From Tubulanus polymorphus (Eukaryota > Animalia > Nemertea), in NCBI RefSeq assembly GCF_964204645.1, contig NC_134025.1, positions 10,106,001 to 10,170,000 on the forward strand: a stretch of 64,000 nt of DNA, written 5' to 3'. Below the pieces are notes generated by a model, which was not told the origin of the DNA, searched no databases, and saw only the letters and a program-made list of their open reading frames with translations. Positions 1 to 11,862 of this stretch are shown here, in pieces. Made by a program: the position numbers and the translations under genes. The number at the start of each line of letters is the position of its first letter. Within the stretch, counting starts at the first letter, position 1.

Positions 1-32
1 AGTAAAATGATCATTTTGAATATTTGTTTCAG

Positions 33-3000
33 AAATTCACCGAAACCAACAACAGAATCAGCAACCGCAACAACAACAGAATCAGCAACAACAACAGCAA
101 CAACAACAACAGTCAATATATCACACTCCACATGTACAGCCGCAGAACCAAAATACTAACCAATCAAATTATTCCCCGAATTTCCAAAACGGTCCTCAAG
201 GGGAGCCTGAAGATGACAGAAGGTATGTAGGTCAATTGTCATGGTAGGAGAGAGAGTTAATAGTAACGTGGCTTCTAATTTCAATGGGTAGGGTTCAACG
301 CTATAGAGAATTATAATTACCATTATCTTAGACCCAAAATTATATATTTGTACATAGAACTCCAAATCAGCATCAGAGGGAAGATTACCAGACTCACCAG
401 AGGAAAATTTCGCAAGGGAGTTCCGGATCCGGAGGTACTTGACATAACATTTCATCAATAATCATTTGTATTGTCAGTTTAATTGGTTAATGACGTGAAT
501 GAAAATATTTCCGAATTCTGTATCCTTGAACGATGAAATCAGGATAAAACATCCTGGTGCGATTAGTATGTTTTTGGGACAAAAACAAATATTCGTGTAT
601 CAATTCGTTGCAGGATATCGCGATCCGCAGCAGCTTGGTCCGACAGGCGATTTACAGCCCGCCACTACTCCGACGATTCCAGCAGCCCCGCCTGAGTGTG
701 CCCCCGTAGCGACCCCGGCTCCAGCCATTCCACAAGCTCCGCCTGCCCCTCCACCACCACCAGTGGCGATGAAAGTGCCTGCTGCTACTCCAGCGCCACA
801 ACGTAAGTACATTTACGTAATTTTTATCTCATTGGAATTTATGTTTTCAAGAAAACCTACACTATTCACTATTACGATATTCAAACAATTCATCTATATC
901 TATAGCGGTAAGGCTTATTTATGTCTACTTGCCAATTCTTTTTCCGATTTTAGAGGGCCTACTGGCCATTTTATGAATTTGCGAATACGATCTTTATTTT
1001 TGGGGCGTGGGATGTGCGGCACTTTTGAGAGGCATATTATAGGTTCAGGCCATAGTTCTTTAACTGATTTCTGTTATTCACTTACTACTGTCGGCTGAAG
1101 CCACTTTTCGCTGATTCTGCAATTTTTCTGATATATTACAGCTGCTGCTCCTCCACCTCCTCCAGCGCCTCCTGCCCCTCCAGCTCCGCCTCTTCCAAAT
1201 CAAAGACCCCCACCTCAGCAAGACAACAACGATGACGAAGATAATCAACAAGATAATCCATTTGCTCAAGCATTACGTGCCCAAAAACTGCGGAAATGTT
1301 CAGTTGTAAGTGTTGGCTGTCATCTTTTCAATAAGCGTACATTTGAGGCCCGGCGCAAACAAGTATGAGACAACGAAAGAGTAGAAGAAATCATTACCAT
1401 TCTTTATCACCTGGGTAAAGCAATGCGCAGTTGCGGATCGATGCCATTTTTGGAGTCATGTCATTCAAGCATTGATAGCTCAACAACTACGCCCGGTAAT
1501 GCAAATGTGTTCCCAAGTAGCATGCAAGAGATCTAAAACTTCACCTAAATCTGTTTACGCCGGGCTTAAAACAGAATAGTTTGTAGAACATGCGGCGCCT
1601 CTTGAATGAATTCTTAAATGAAGTGGCTCTGTCACCACCTGTGCTTAAGAAAAACGAGGCTCTACAAGGATTTGTGATTTTGATACGTGTAGTTAACTGG
1701 TTAATAAATTATCATGATTATGTAGATACGTGTATATTTCACACATTTCGTAAAGAGTATTAATGAATTCTTTATATTCCTACAGCCTTCAGATCGTGAT
1801 TCAGGTATTGGTAAAGTAGTTGATGGCGGTACGATGGATCGTGGTTCTCGTATGGGCGGCGGGCTGCCTACTGCTGGCGACATGATGAGTGAAATGGCCG
1901 CCCGACTTGCGGCTCGTCGAAAAAAGGCCGAAGGCCAGGTACGGTGTGTCTGAAAATGAGGATTTGAAGATATAAATGCTACAGTTAGTGCTATGTTTAG
2001 TTTGTTCTTGGTTGACTCAAGGGTTGAAACATGGGAAATTTTTCTTATTTCAACTCTAGGGTCAAAGTTAACCAAGAACTAAGAACTATCCCCGCAAATG
2101 ATTCCCAATGGGATAGTTAAGTTATCCCCACGGCTGTTGTTGCGATAACTTATATCCGGCTGTTGGAATATTTCAAAATTATTCCCATTGTTACCATATT
2201 TAGGAGTATTGTTACCTCCCGGGGCTGGTTTTATGGACTGGTATTTTCTTTCACTCAGGGTTTAACTCAATTGAAAGTGAATAGAGCGTGTCCCCTGGTT
2301 GAAATTAACACCAGTCTATAAAACTTAACCCTTTGGTCAATAAATGGATGTTAGCCACGAAAAATGCGGCCTCCGTTATCGATGGGCAATTTTTTATCAT
2401 TTTCAGGATTCCGACACCGTGCAAGGAGCGCAGTCGTCGTCAGTTGCTACCGTGAACAGCTCTACAACGCCCAACAGTGCCGAGAAAAAACCATGGGAAA
2501 GAAATGGCAACGGAAGCGCTAACCGCCCAAACGGATCAGAATCGCCGAAAGTAACAAGAAGGTACGCGTTTTTCCTCGCATAATTTCCACTTATTTCAAC
2601 AGTTTTCAATCGCGATCTGTAGATTGTATCGCAACTCCCTGAATGACTGGGGTTGAATTTAGTTCGTTGTAAAGATCATTCATGTATTGAGTCGTTTTGT
2701 ACTGGACTCTTTAGGTTAACAGTTTTAAAGAAACAATATGAATTATGAATTTTTGATTTACGTTTTTGGTTTATTGTGTAAATTTTTTGTTTTATGTTCG
2801 AATTTTAATCGTAACCCCTTCGCAATCCGCTATGTACAGTTGTGTTCGGCCATTTCGTTTAATCCTACTATTTTGTATAGCTTTTCCATACAAGCAGTAA
2901 CCAAAGCGAAAACTGCGTTTTCCGGGTAAGTGACGGTGAACGCTTGTTTATCTGAAAACCAGTTCTTATATGATGAATCGGAATGGACCCAATTGAAAAA

Positions 3001-4626
3001 TGCCTATTTAAAAGAGTTTGACCGGCATTTGTCATTCGATCCTCGATTGTTATCAATTTCCTGTTCAGTTTTCTTCATTGGAAATTGATAATTGCCGATA
3101 TGAATCGATTGAATTCAATTGGACGCATAATCGTTCGCGTTTTTTAAATCAAGACTGTTACCTTCCTGGTCCAGTGACCTGGATCGGAAAAATGAAAAAA
3201 AAGAAATTGATTGTTCGTGCATTACAATAGATATTGACCTTCGGCATTCATATATTCATCTGCAGTTCAAATAACATTCGATTAGGTGACAATTGAATCT
3301 GGATGTATTCCAAACTTTGAAGCGCTGATTTGAATTAAATGCCATTGGTGGTCTTTTCATTGGCCGGATATCTCTCTGAAACTAGAGAAATTCTAGAGTT
3401 CCAGTAGAAAAACTGCGATCAATGTGGTAAAAAATATGCATATATTAACAAGCCACTAAATAAATGTGTAAGATTTGAATAAGTTATTTCTTATCTGCAC
3501 ATTATGTGACTTCAGGGATTGGGCACCACCGTTAACTAAAGAAGAGGTAGAGATCCTTCTTCGATAGTCCATGGCACTCCAAATGATTATTGCTTGGACC
3601 GAGTTCCTCTGAACATCTCCTTGGTCACATTGCATGCAGTTGTGAATAACCATCTTACAAAATGCTTTATAATGTATCATATGCACTCAAGAAGTAGAAA
3701 GAGATGGGAAGTAATGCTTAAGTCAGTGTGGACACTATCCATGAATGCATCGATTGAATGCGTAATAACAGTTGTACAACTGTGACACTGTTGATATCAA
3801 TGTTCCTATTTGGAATCTTTTCTGAAGATCTCAAAAAGTTCCTGTCTAGATGGATTTAAGCGGTCCGTTTGTAGGCCAATTTGAAAAAGAAAAAGTATTG
3901 ATTGTGCAAGTTAGATCATATAATGTATACCGATATGTTTGTTTTTTCAGTCGCAGGAACATGTCACTGACAGGACAAGAGACTTTATTCAACGGATCTC
4001 TAAACAATCAAGAACTAGAAATGCTTAAGCAGGAAATCTTAGCTGAGATGCGAAAAGAACTTCAAAAGACTAAACAAGAAATTATAGAAGGTATTGTGCA
4101 CAAACTGGCTGGCAAATATCCATTATATTGCAGCATCTTGGCTACGTATTAGTAGGCACCAATCTTGAAAGCCTGCCACCACCACCTACCATTGTAGTTA
4201 AATGTCGTCACTTTTTGAAAGTGTGGTGATAAAATGGCTAATGTCTCGTGTTTGTAGTACATTTGTTTGTTGGTTTTCAATTTCAAACTTCTCAAGTCCT
4301 GAAAAGTTGGTTATGGTGACAATTGGAATTACATTGTAACTATGGTATGATGTTTATCCAGCTCTAATCAAATTTTCAGCAACTGGCCTTTGTACGTTGG
4401 TGAAATCTGAACAATCACAAATCGTACAAATTCTGATGAATATCTGAGGGGCGATTCCTCTCTTTGTCCGAACCCAGGGTGGGTCCAAACCCAGCGTGTA
4501 GCCAAAATGTTGTAGATATTCGTTCTTAAGTTTCGGAGTTACATTGTTACTGCTGCACATACACGTAATTGCATTTCATGATTTTTCTGTTGGTATTTTG
4601 TAGCTATAGTATCGAAGTTGAAGTAG
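33..4626 (+). CDS. ena: Ena/VASP family actin regulator (Enabled homolog), 5'-partial (EVH1 exons lie upstream of the window)
   Basis: Phase-consistent GT-AG exons 33-222, 358-434, 614-802, 1142-1305, 1786-1938, 2407-2561, (optional 2881-2925), 3951-4090, 4604-4626 (TAG). They encode a Gln-rich tract ending QNGPQGEPEDDRR, an RKIS PKA-type site, poly-Pro, the G-actin motif FAQALRAQKLRKCS, the F-actin motif MMSEMAARLAARRKK, KKPWER and the tetramerisation coil LEMLKQEILAEMRKELQKTKQEIIEAIVSKLK. Confidence 0.93.
46..111 (+). repeat. CAA/CAG trinucleotide tract encoding poly-Gln in Ena
   Basis: caacaacagaatcagcaaccgcaacaacaacag... read in the exon frame as QQQNQQPQQQQNQQQQQQQQQQ. Confidence 0.85.
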
Positions 4627-7600
4627 CTGTCGTAGTGGATAGTCAATTACGGATTTAAAAGTTGGTGCTGTTATTTCTACATTTCCATTACACGCAGACG
4701 TCGACGATGATTAGTTTGCGCGCGTACAAACACTCGCACGCGTACACGCGCACGCGCGCCGTCGCGCGACCAAGTTCTGTACATAGATCTCTCTCTTCTA
4801 CAACTTATTACCATAATTATAATGATAATAATAATTCTAATATATGATATTGATAATTATACAAGAAGATATATAAGAATATATAGAATGCATACGTACG
4901 GTACGTCTGTTGTGTTTAACGGTGCATGTTTAAAGACTGAAGTCTGAGTTATGAAGAGCAATATGACAAGTATACGAATATATAACGACGAAGCAGTGTT
5001 TGTAAATACCATTAAATGGTATTTTGTTTGTTAAGGCGTAGAACCCTGTTATATGGCACGTAGACGACGCGTTCTCAGTTGTTCACTATCGAAAGTCGGT
5101 CGGTGTAGGAAAATCTATACGTACGCCTTTAATCGAAGTTTAACTTGGGCCATTCAGTATTAAGTTGATCTAAATGTTCCGAGTGCCTGGTATGTCGATT
5201 GGCGATGATGATCAAGTTTTCAAGGGCTCAAATAGCGTTAGCAATGCAGATTATGACGAAATGTCGGTCATGTTGCCACGCGAGTCTGAAATTAGGTGCA
5301 CAAAGCTATATATTTATGATGAAATTCCGAAATGGTAATTCATTCGTAACCGGTAAATGATCATTTTCTTTTAGCAGTGAATCCGTCGATTCTTGTTGAC
5401 GGTACGGGAGGAAATTTCAGAGATGAAAAACCAACTTAATCTTCTTTGGCTTGATTTCAATTCGGCTCTAATAATGCAGAATGTTAGTCTATTTGTTCAT
5501 TGTCTGGTGGATGCATAAAGGAAATCTGTGATTTTATACTCATGAATTGATTGTACACATCAGAACAAGGATGGCTATTCAATCAAGTTTTCTGTATATT
5601 GCACATTGCATTGCAAGAAATATGTAAAATTAACATACGAAGTTAGAGGAAAAATATACAGATAATATCATACTATTGATTAGTAGAAATGCTTATGTTA
5701 ATCGATGATAATGATGTAACTTTTTTACCATCTTCAATTGAATATTCAATGTATTATCGTGTTTAAATCATGACAACTGGAAATTTCTCTGTAAATATTT
5801 TCGTGTGCTTGCCTCTGACTGGTATTAAGAATCAAACTCAAAAAAGAAAAAACTAGGTGTACGTCACCCCTATTAATATGTTCAAATAGGACTACCATCT
5901 TGTCATTCGTTTGTGTGTGCTGTTGCATTAAATGTGCAGCCAACTATCGGGTATTACACTTGTAACTTGTTTAAAAAGTAATTAGAAATCAATTGGTAGG
6001 TAGGTTTGACAGTATTGGCCATCTAAAGCCTAGCACGTGCTAAAGCTTCACAGTATCACCATAGCTGCCATTCATCTTCACAAGGTGAGGCAAAAACTTG
6101 GGTGTGAACTGCTATTCTCGTGAGGAAAATTCTCGCATTACGCGCAAGAGTCATGAGCTTTCAGCTGAGATCTTTCGTTAATGTTAGGTCGATGATTTTA
6201 TTAAAAATGAATTCATGGCTCGTGTCTGCACTAAACCTTTCATGGTTGAAAACCTCTGACGTGCTGGCTAGGCTTTTGAGTATTGTTTTGAGAGAAAAAA
6301 TAACAAGTGTGTATAACGAAGTTAGACGAACATGTACCGGTACCAGTATAGATTACAAGCATTTATGGTACTCTTTTCAGATTGATGACACCCTGGTACT
6401 CGAATATTATGATTTAATACAAAAAGACAAGGAAAATCTTCTGTAGACCAAGAATTGTATTTATTTACTGTGAATGATTTCTGTTTTCAGTCTTTAGATT
6501 ATTTCTAATATGCCAATTAATAGTCCTTGCGTTATTTGATAAATCGGATGTGGAATGATTCGGGAGTATTCAAAATCTGGAATATTGGCATTTTAAGAAA
6601 TTATCAATCATTCATTTTCATCTGCTTCGCGAATATTCCATGTCCATTGGATTGATATTTGGCTTGTGGTTGCTACTTCCTGGTCGGACTGATGCATCGC
6701 ATTTTGAATGCAGTACATTTGTAGAAAATGGAAAACTGATGGTTTTCAGTGTGACAAAAAAGTGATATCCAAAATACCGGTGGATATTTAACCAGGATTG
6801 TGTCGTAAATTGGATCTTTTTGTGTAAAACGAATGAAGGTTTTATAGTTCATCCATGCGGTAAAATGGCGACGTAAGTCCAGCAAAGTATTTACAACGTG
6901 GTAAATATGTTGCATATTTTATGATTGAAAATCCCCAAAGAGGATTTAATGAATTACAGTAGACTCGACCTTACTCGCTCAAGAGTTGATGAATTTTACA
7001 AATATTCGATATTTGATTTAGTTCTATGATAGGCTACTTATGATTCCTATGTTACTGAGGTAGATAGAGTCTGCTGTATAGAAAAATGGTGATTCATCCA
7101 GTTTACCGTATGCAGTTGAAATGGACTCCTTTGTCAATGGAGAAAAAAGATGTACACCTACATATTTCGTGATACATGTAGTTTCATTGTAAAGTACTCG
7201 TTTTTCTCCATATTTTGACTCAATTGTTTTGAAGCTATACTGTAAATTTTTGAGTAACTGTAGCTGCTGATCTTATTACGTATTATTATTATTACATACA
7301 CAAGTTTTTAACGACGAGAGTAAAAGAAAAATTTGAAGCGCCTTCACGTTTCCGTAGACTTTCCGGAAAAAAATGAAATGACCTTACGGTAGATATTTAT
7401 TGATTTGTATGAAATGTCTCACCTTCGATGTTCACATACACTATATTTGTATTTCTTTGATATCCCACAAATTTTCGAAACTAATTCCACTCTTAGCTAT
7501 TCGAATTGTATCCACAGACGGGAAACAACATACCCTTTTCACTATTTCACTGCTTCAATGACGGTGTTCGAACACCTGAAAGACTCGAGGGTTTAACTAC

Positions 7601-10600
7601 AATTTCAGCCAGTTGACTCGTGGTATGTAAATGAAAATCGCTATTGTACATCAAATGAGAGAGACTATGATCGTTGAGTCCCTGCAAATAAACGTACCGG
7701 CGATATTTCGGCAGAAAATGTTAAAAGGACATGTTGCCTCTTAAGTTGATAGAGAATTCTTGAAAACAGATCAGATTTGCACATATTCCGTACATATTCC
7801 ATCAAATTCATTAAGAAATCGTTTTTACCAGTAGTTTTTCAGGACTTGGAATGTATTTCGGTATATTTTTTTTGTAAATAATTTGGTGCTTTTAGTACTT
7901 ATATTCATCGTCATCATCATATATTTTAGTAGTTGTATAGTATGGAAAGTGTATACACATACTGATAACGCTTTGACTGCTGAAGTTTGTACAGTGAGTC
8001 TTGCCTTTGTACTGAGGTTGAGGCCTGTAAGGCCATTTGAAACTACCGTACAGATGGCGGGACTGACTTGGCACCCTATCCCGATTATACTCAATTCAGA
8101 CTTGTCTCGGCAGTCAAGTATTATTTTTTGAGTGTACATCAAAATTATTCGAGGGTTTTATTCTCTTTGGATCATGAATTACTACCATAATTCCGAATTC
8201 CAGTAGATGTATCTTTAGATTGCAAGAATTTCGTTCAGTTTCATGAATGTCTTATTGACTTGAATTGTGATTATTCGACCAGCAAAGCGTGATGGATATT
8301 GAACTACTTGTAATCATAATGCCAGTAATTGGGGTCTTGGCAATATAAAAAACGGCTTTTACCTCAAACTTACTGTGCATGTGAAAGGTTTTGTTGGAAC
8401 TAGACAAGAAGGGTCAGGTATTTGACATAAATTGTACATGTGTGTTCATGTGAGTGCAATATAAAATGATATGTAACGTGTCTCTTAGGAGGCCCTGAAT
8501 CAATAATGTTCTGGAGTCCGTTCCATAGATTTGGATCAAACTATTTTCCTTGAGTTCATCCACAGCTGATTTTAAATCTAGTTCACAGCAGCTATGGATC
8601 TTGTTGTTAACGACGTGGGCCAAGTTTCGCAAGTTTCAAATTGTGGCTTCAGATTTTTTCTCAAGAGATGAATAACTATTCGAAATGCGCTGATTTTGAC
8701 TGAAGACTTGAGTTTTCGTCAAAGTTGTGAACTAATTCTTTTTTTTACATAAATGGAAATAACTGTTTCTGTTCTTTGAATTTCAAAAATATTGTCCAGT
8801 CAATGAAACCAGCTCATACTTATGATTTTTGATGATCATGCAAAATATTCAGGGATGAATCCTGGGTAAGGGCTAAACGGCGGAGAGCGCTTCCAGTATC
8901 TTATCTGATGCCAAATAAAGGGGATCAAAATATTTTAGAATTACAAGACCATTTTAGAACATTTAGATGGCTCCGAGAGGCTATCACCAGCAATAAGAAT
9001 GAACCACTTATTTCGAAGGGCGCTTAGAATTCTAGGCCATATGGTTATACCCCTGGATTCGTCCTGGATAGTTTTGCGCGAAATTGTTGTTGTGTTCGGG
9101 GAACGGATATACCGAATATGAAATCCGCCTTTTATAACTGGAATGAAAATAGAAGATATACCTGTATATGACGAAGAATACTACTACATTTAAGCATACA
9201 ATAAATGTTCAAGAAGGTCTACATACATATTCGGGTTTTCTCTACTTGGTCAACTTTTCCCATAATATCAACAATGATGATAATAATATTGATACAATCG
9301 TATTAAATAGTAATAGTAATAGTGTAAAAAGGTAAATTGTCAAGAATTTTTCTATATGGTGTACATATTTGTACAGTTCCGATTATGGTATCGTTTTTTT
9401 TTTCGAGGTATTTTGTAATCGATGTTTGCTCCATTTACCCTATTTCCGTGTAAATAATCATCGTAGGGTAACGCCACACTAAAAGGAAAGGTTTCCTGAG
9501 CTGTAATAACTAAACACATACATCCCTTGTCTCGTTTGGACATGAATGGGGTACTAACTCGCGCCTATATGTTTTGTCTGCTATGCCTGCTTGTCATGAT
9601 GAAAAGAAGCCTTTTTTGACGTGAATGAATCTGTGAAGCGATTGGTGTCTGGGAAACCTTCGCGTTAGTTTCACCGATTAGCTAAATCGACGCTTAGCCG
9701 CTACCGATTTCATTTGAAATACCCGGCTGCATCAATATCCAGCGATTAGTCCTGTGACGAACTGGTAAGTATTCGCTCGGATGCTGCTGTAGGGAAATTA
9801 TTTTCAAGAAGGTGAAATTAGTTTTGGTGCATGGAAATCGTTTCTGCAGTTGATTAAGCCTCATATTTTTACTGATTATTTACTGTTGATTATTTTAGTG
9901 TTCAGACACAAAAAGACAACCGTAAACTCATATAATTCATCAAGGTTGTTTTATCAAATGCGAGGCATCAGATATTTGGTGCGGGTTAATCGATTCCTGT
10001 GCGTACGGTGTGTATGACATGGGACTCAATTTGACAGTGATAAGAGTTAGATTTCTAAATTGAAGTTACATCCATACCCGGCAATATGTAATTTAATTTA
10101 GAGTTATTTTCAACTCTCCCGCCGTCAAATTCAACTCACAACTGTAATAACTGCGGTCCAATTTTCAAAAATGCCTATAAACTGTATTGTGTAATAATGA
10201 TAATAATATATTGCCTTCTTGGTGTGCTCATTCAGATTATTTCTTTGCATGCTGTGTAAGTAATTCTTGCTTTTAATTATTTTATACCAATTGTTGCAAG
10301 TTGTAAATTGCATAGTTTATGGTTAAATACCAGAGAAAAGAGGAAGCACCTTGTATTCAGTGTTTATCATTATGTGTCGTCAGAGAAATAAACAGTGACA
10401 TGCTTTCATGAAAAATTTTGTATTTTGGGACTTAAATCCTCGTCTGGAACCAGTTATTTTCAGATGTTTTGAAGACACTACAAGGGATTGTCTTAATATT
10501 TCGTTGTATCTACAGACCCAAAAGCCCACCTTGGGACCAAGAAAAGTGCTCTCATGAGATAGCCGAGTTTCCAACTTTTGAAATCCGACTTTGGAATATA

Positions 10601-11299
10601 GATTTCTTTGAAAATGAGAAGGGAAAATCAATATTGGGTGGGGACCATCAGTATTCATCCGATATAAACCCGACTTTCGCTGAAGTTAGTCCGCCTGCCA
10701 AAACGTTGCAGTTTCGATTTTATCAAAAAATTCTATTGTGGGACTTCTTCATTTATAGACGGCCATTTATTCGAACAAAATATAGTTTCGATTTAGAGAA
10801 ACAAAAACTTTATGAAATCTATTACAACCGGTACATTAAAAATCATAAGGAAAATAGAAATTACATTAAAATTTAGGAAATTAGCTTAATCTTTGCCGGT
10901 ACAGTATTTTGGGGGATCGAAAGCCTTGCTACTTCAGCAGTGGCCCATTCATATGCCGGCTTATTAATGAATGCAGCCAAAATTCCAGCCTATCATGCCA
11001 GGACCGACTGGAGAACACTGCGTAAGGATCTGTTGCCAAGTCCCCGTTGTCGTTAAGTTACATGGATTAAAATTCCATTATGTTGTTTCGATCCAAATTC
11101 CAAATTCAATTTGGATCGAAACAATTCGCACGCTACAGTAAAAGCGAACTCGACCGTCCTACTGTAGCCCCTAGATATAACAATAGCGGTGAAACGTGAA
11201 CTAAAAACTCGCATGACTTACACTATTTAGTTCTCTTACGCGGCGGTAGGTGGAATTTCATGAATGGAACAGGCACATGTTGTCGTTGAACTAATTTCA

Positions 11300-11454
11300 A
11301 CCAATCGAAAAGCAGTACATTTAAATCAGCCAATCACAAGCCAACCCGCCAAGCGTCGGTTGGCGAGTACACACAACATACACAACGCGCTCGTGTTTTC
11401 CGGTCTGAAATTGTAAAATTGTGACTGAAACCAGCCCCGGAAAGCGACTCAAAG
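11300..11454 (+). promoter_or_regulatory. Putative LBR promoter and non-coding first exon
   Basis: Two CCAAT boxes (~11301, ~11330), a CpG-rich segment and a donor AAG|GTATGC at 11454/11455. A plausible partner acceptor (tgtttcag, 18738) precedes the LBR ATG at 18761. The link to LBR is inferred. Confidence 0.55.
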
Positions 11455-11646
11455 GTATGCATTGATTTCGATTATAATCGAAGAATTATTTGATATCGTT
11501 ATTTTTGGTATTCAAGCCATAATTGATTGGCAACTCGACGTTAAAATCTTCTAATGTTCTGGATTTCTTTGTCCGCCATGTTGATTAACCCTTCTTGGCT
11601 CTTTTGTTGATGTATTGGAAGAAGGTGAAGGGCGATTTTTAAGCGG

Positions 11647-11841
11647 TGTTTCGAAAGTTCGGTTACTAAGCCGCTCATCTGGTTTGTGTTTATATATTTA
11701 CTGTGGATGACATCTTGTTTATGTTTATTCTCCATCTATGTGAAAATAAAATCAGTCACTTCCAAGGTTTCGTAGTAACCAGACGTGTTGCTTCTTTCTC
11801 TCGGATCTGTCCCCTCTGGTCGAATCGAACCTTTCACGACA
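11647..11841 (+). repeat. 5' LTR (195 bp)
   Basis: tgtttcgaaagttcgg...cctttcacgaca; contains TATATA and AATAAA; identical by eye to 17861-18055. Confidence 0.97.
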
Positions 11842-11844
11842 TTT

Positions 11845-11862
11845 TGGTGCCGTGACCAGGAT
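11845..11862 (+). promoter_or_regulatory. Primer binding site complementary to the tRNA-His 3' end
   Basis: TGGTGCCGTGACCAGGAT 3 nt after the 5' LTR; its reverse complement ATCCTGGTCACGGCACCA matches the 3' end of invertebrate tRNA-His(GUG). Confidence 0.88.

Noticed and set aside
24-230. Asn-rich ORF from the track and an apparent phase mismatch between Ena exons
   Set aside because: The Gln-rich frame resembles Ena, and the 77-nt exon at 358-434 restores phase, so no frameshift is needed.
499-1098. 199-aa Pro-rich ORF as a stand-alone gene
   Set aside because: Only 614-802 is an Ena exon; the rest is intron read-through.
10469-10876. 135-aa ORF between Ena and LBR
   Set aside because: No recognisable motifs or splice context; it lies in repeat-like AT-rich sequence.
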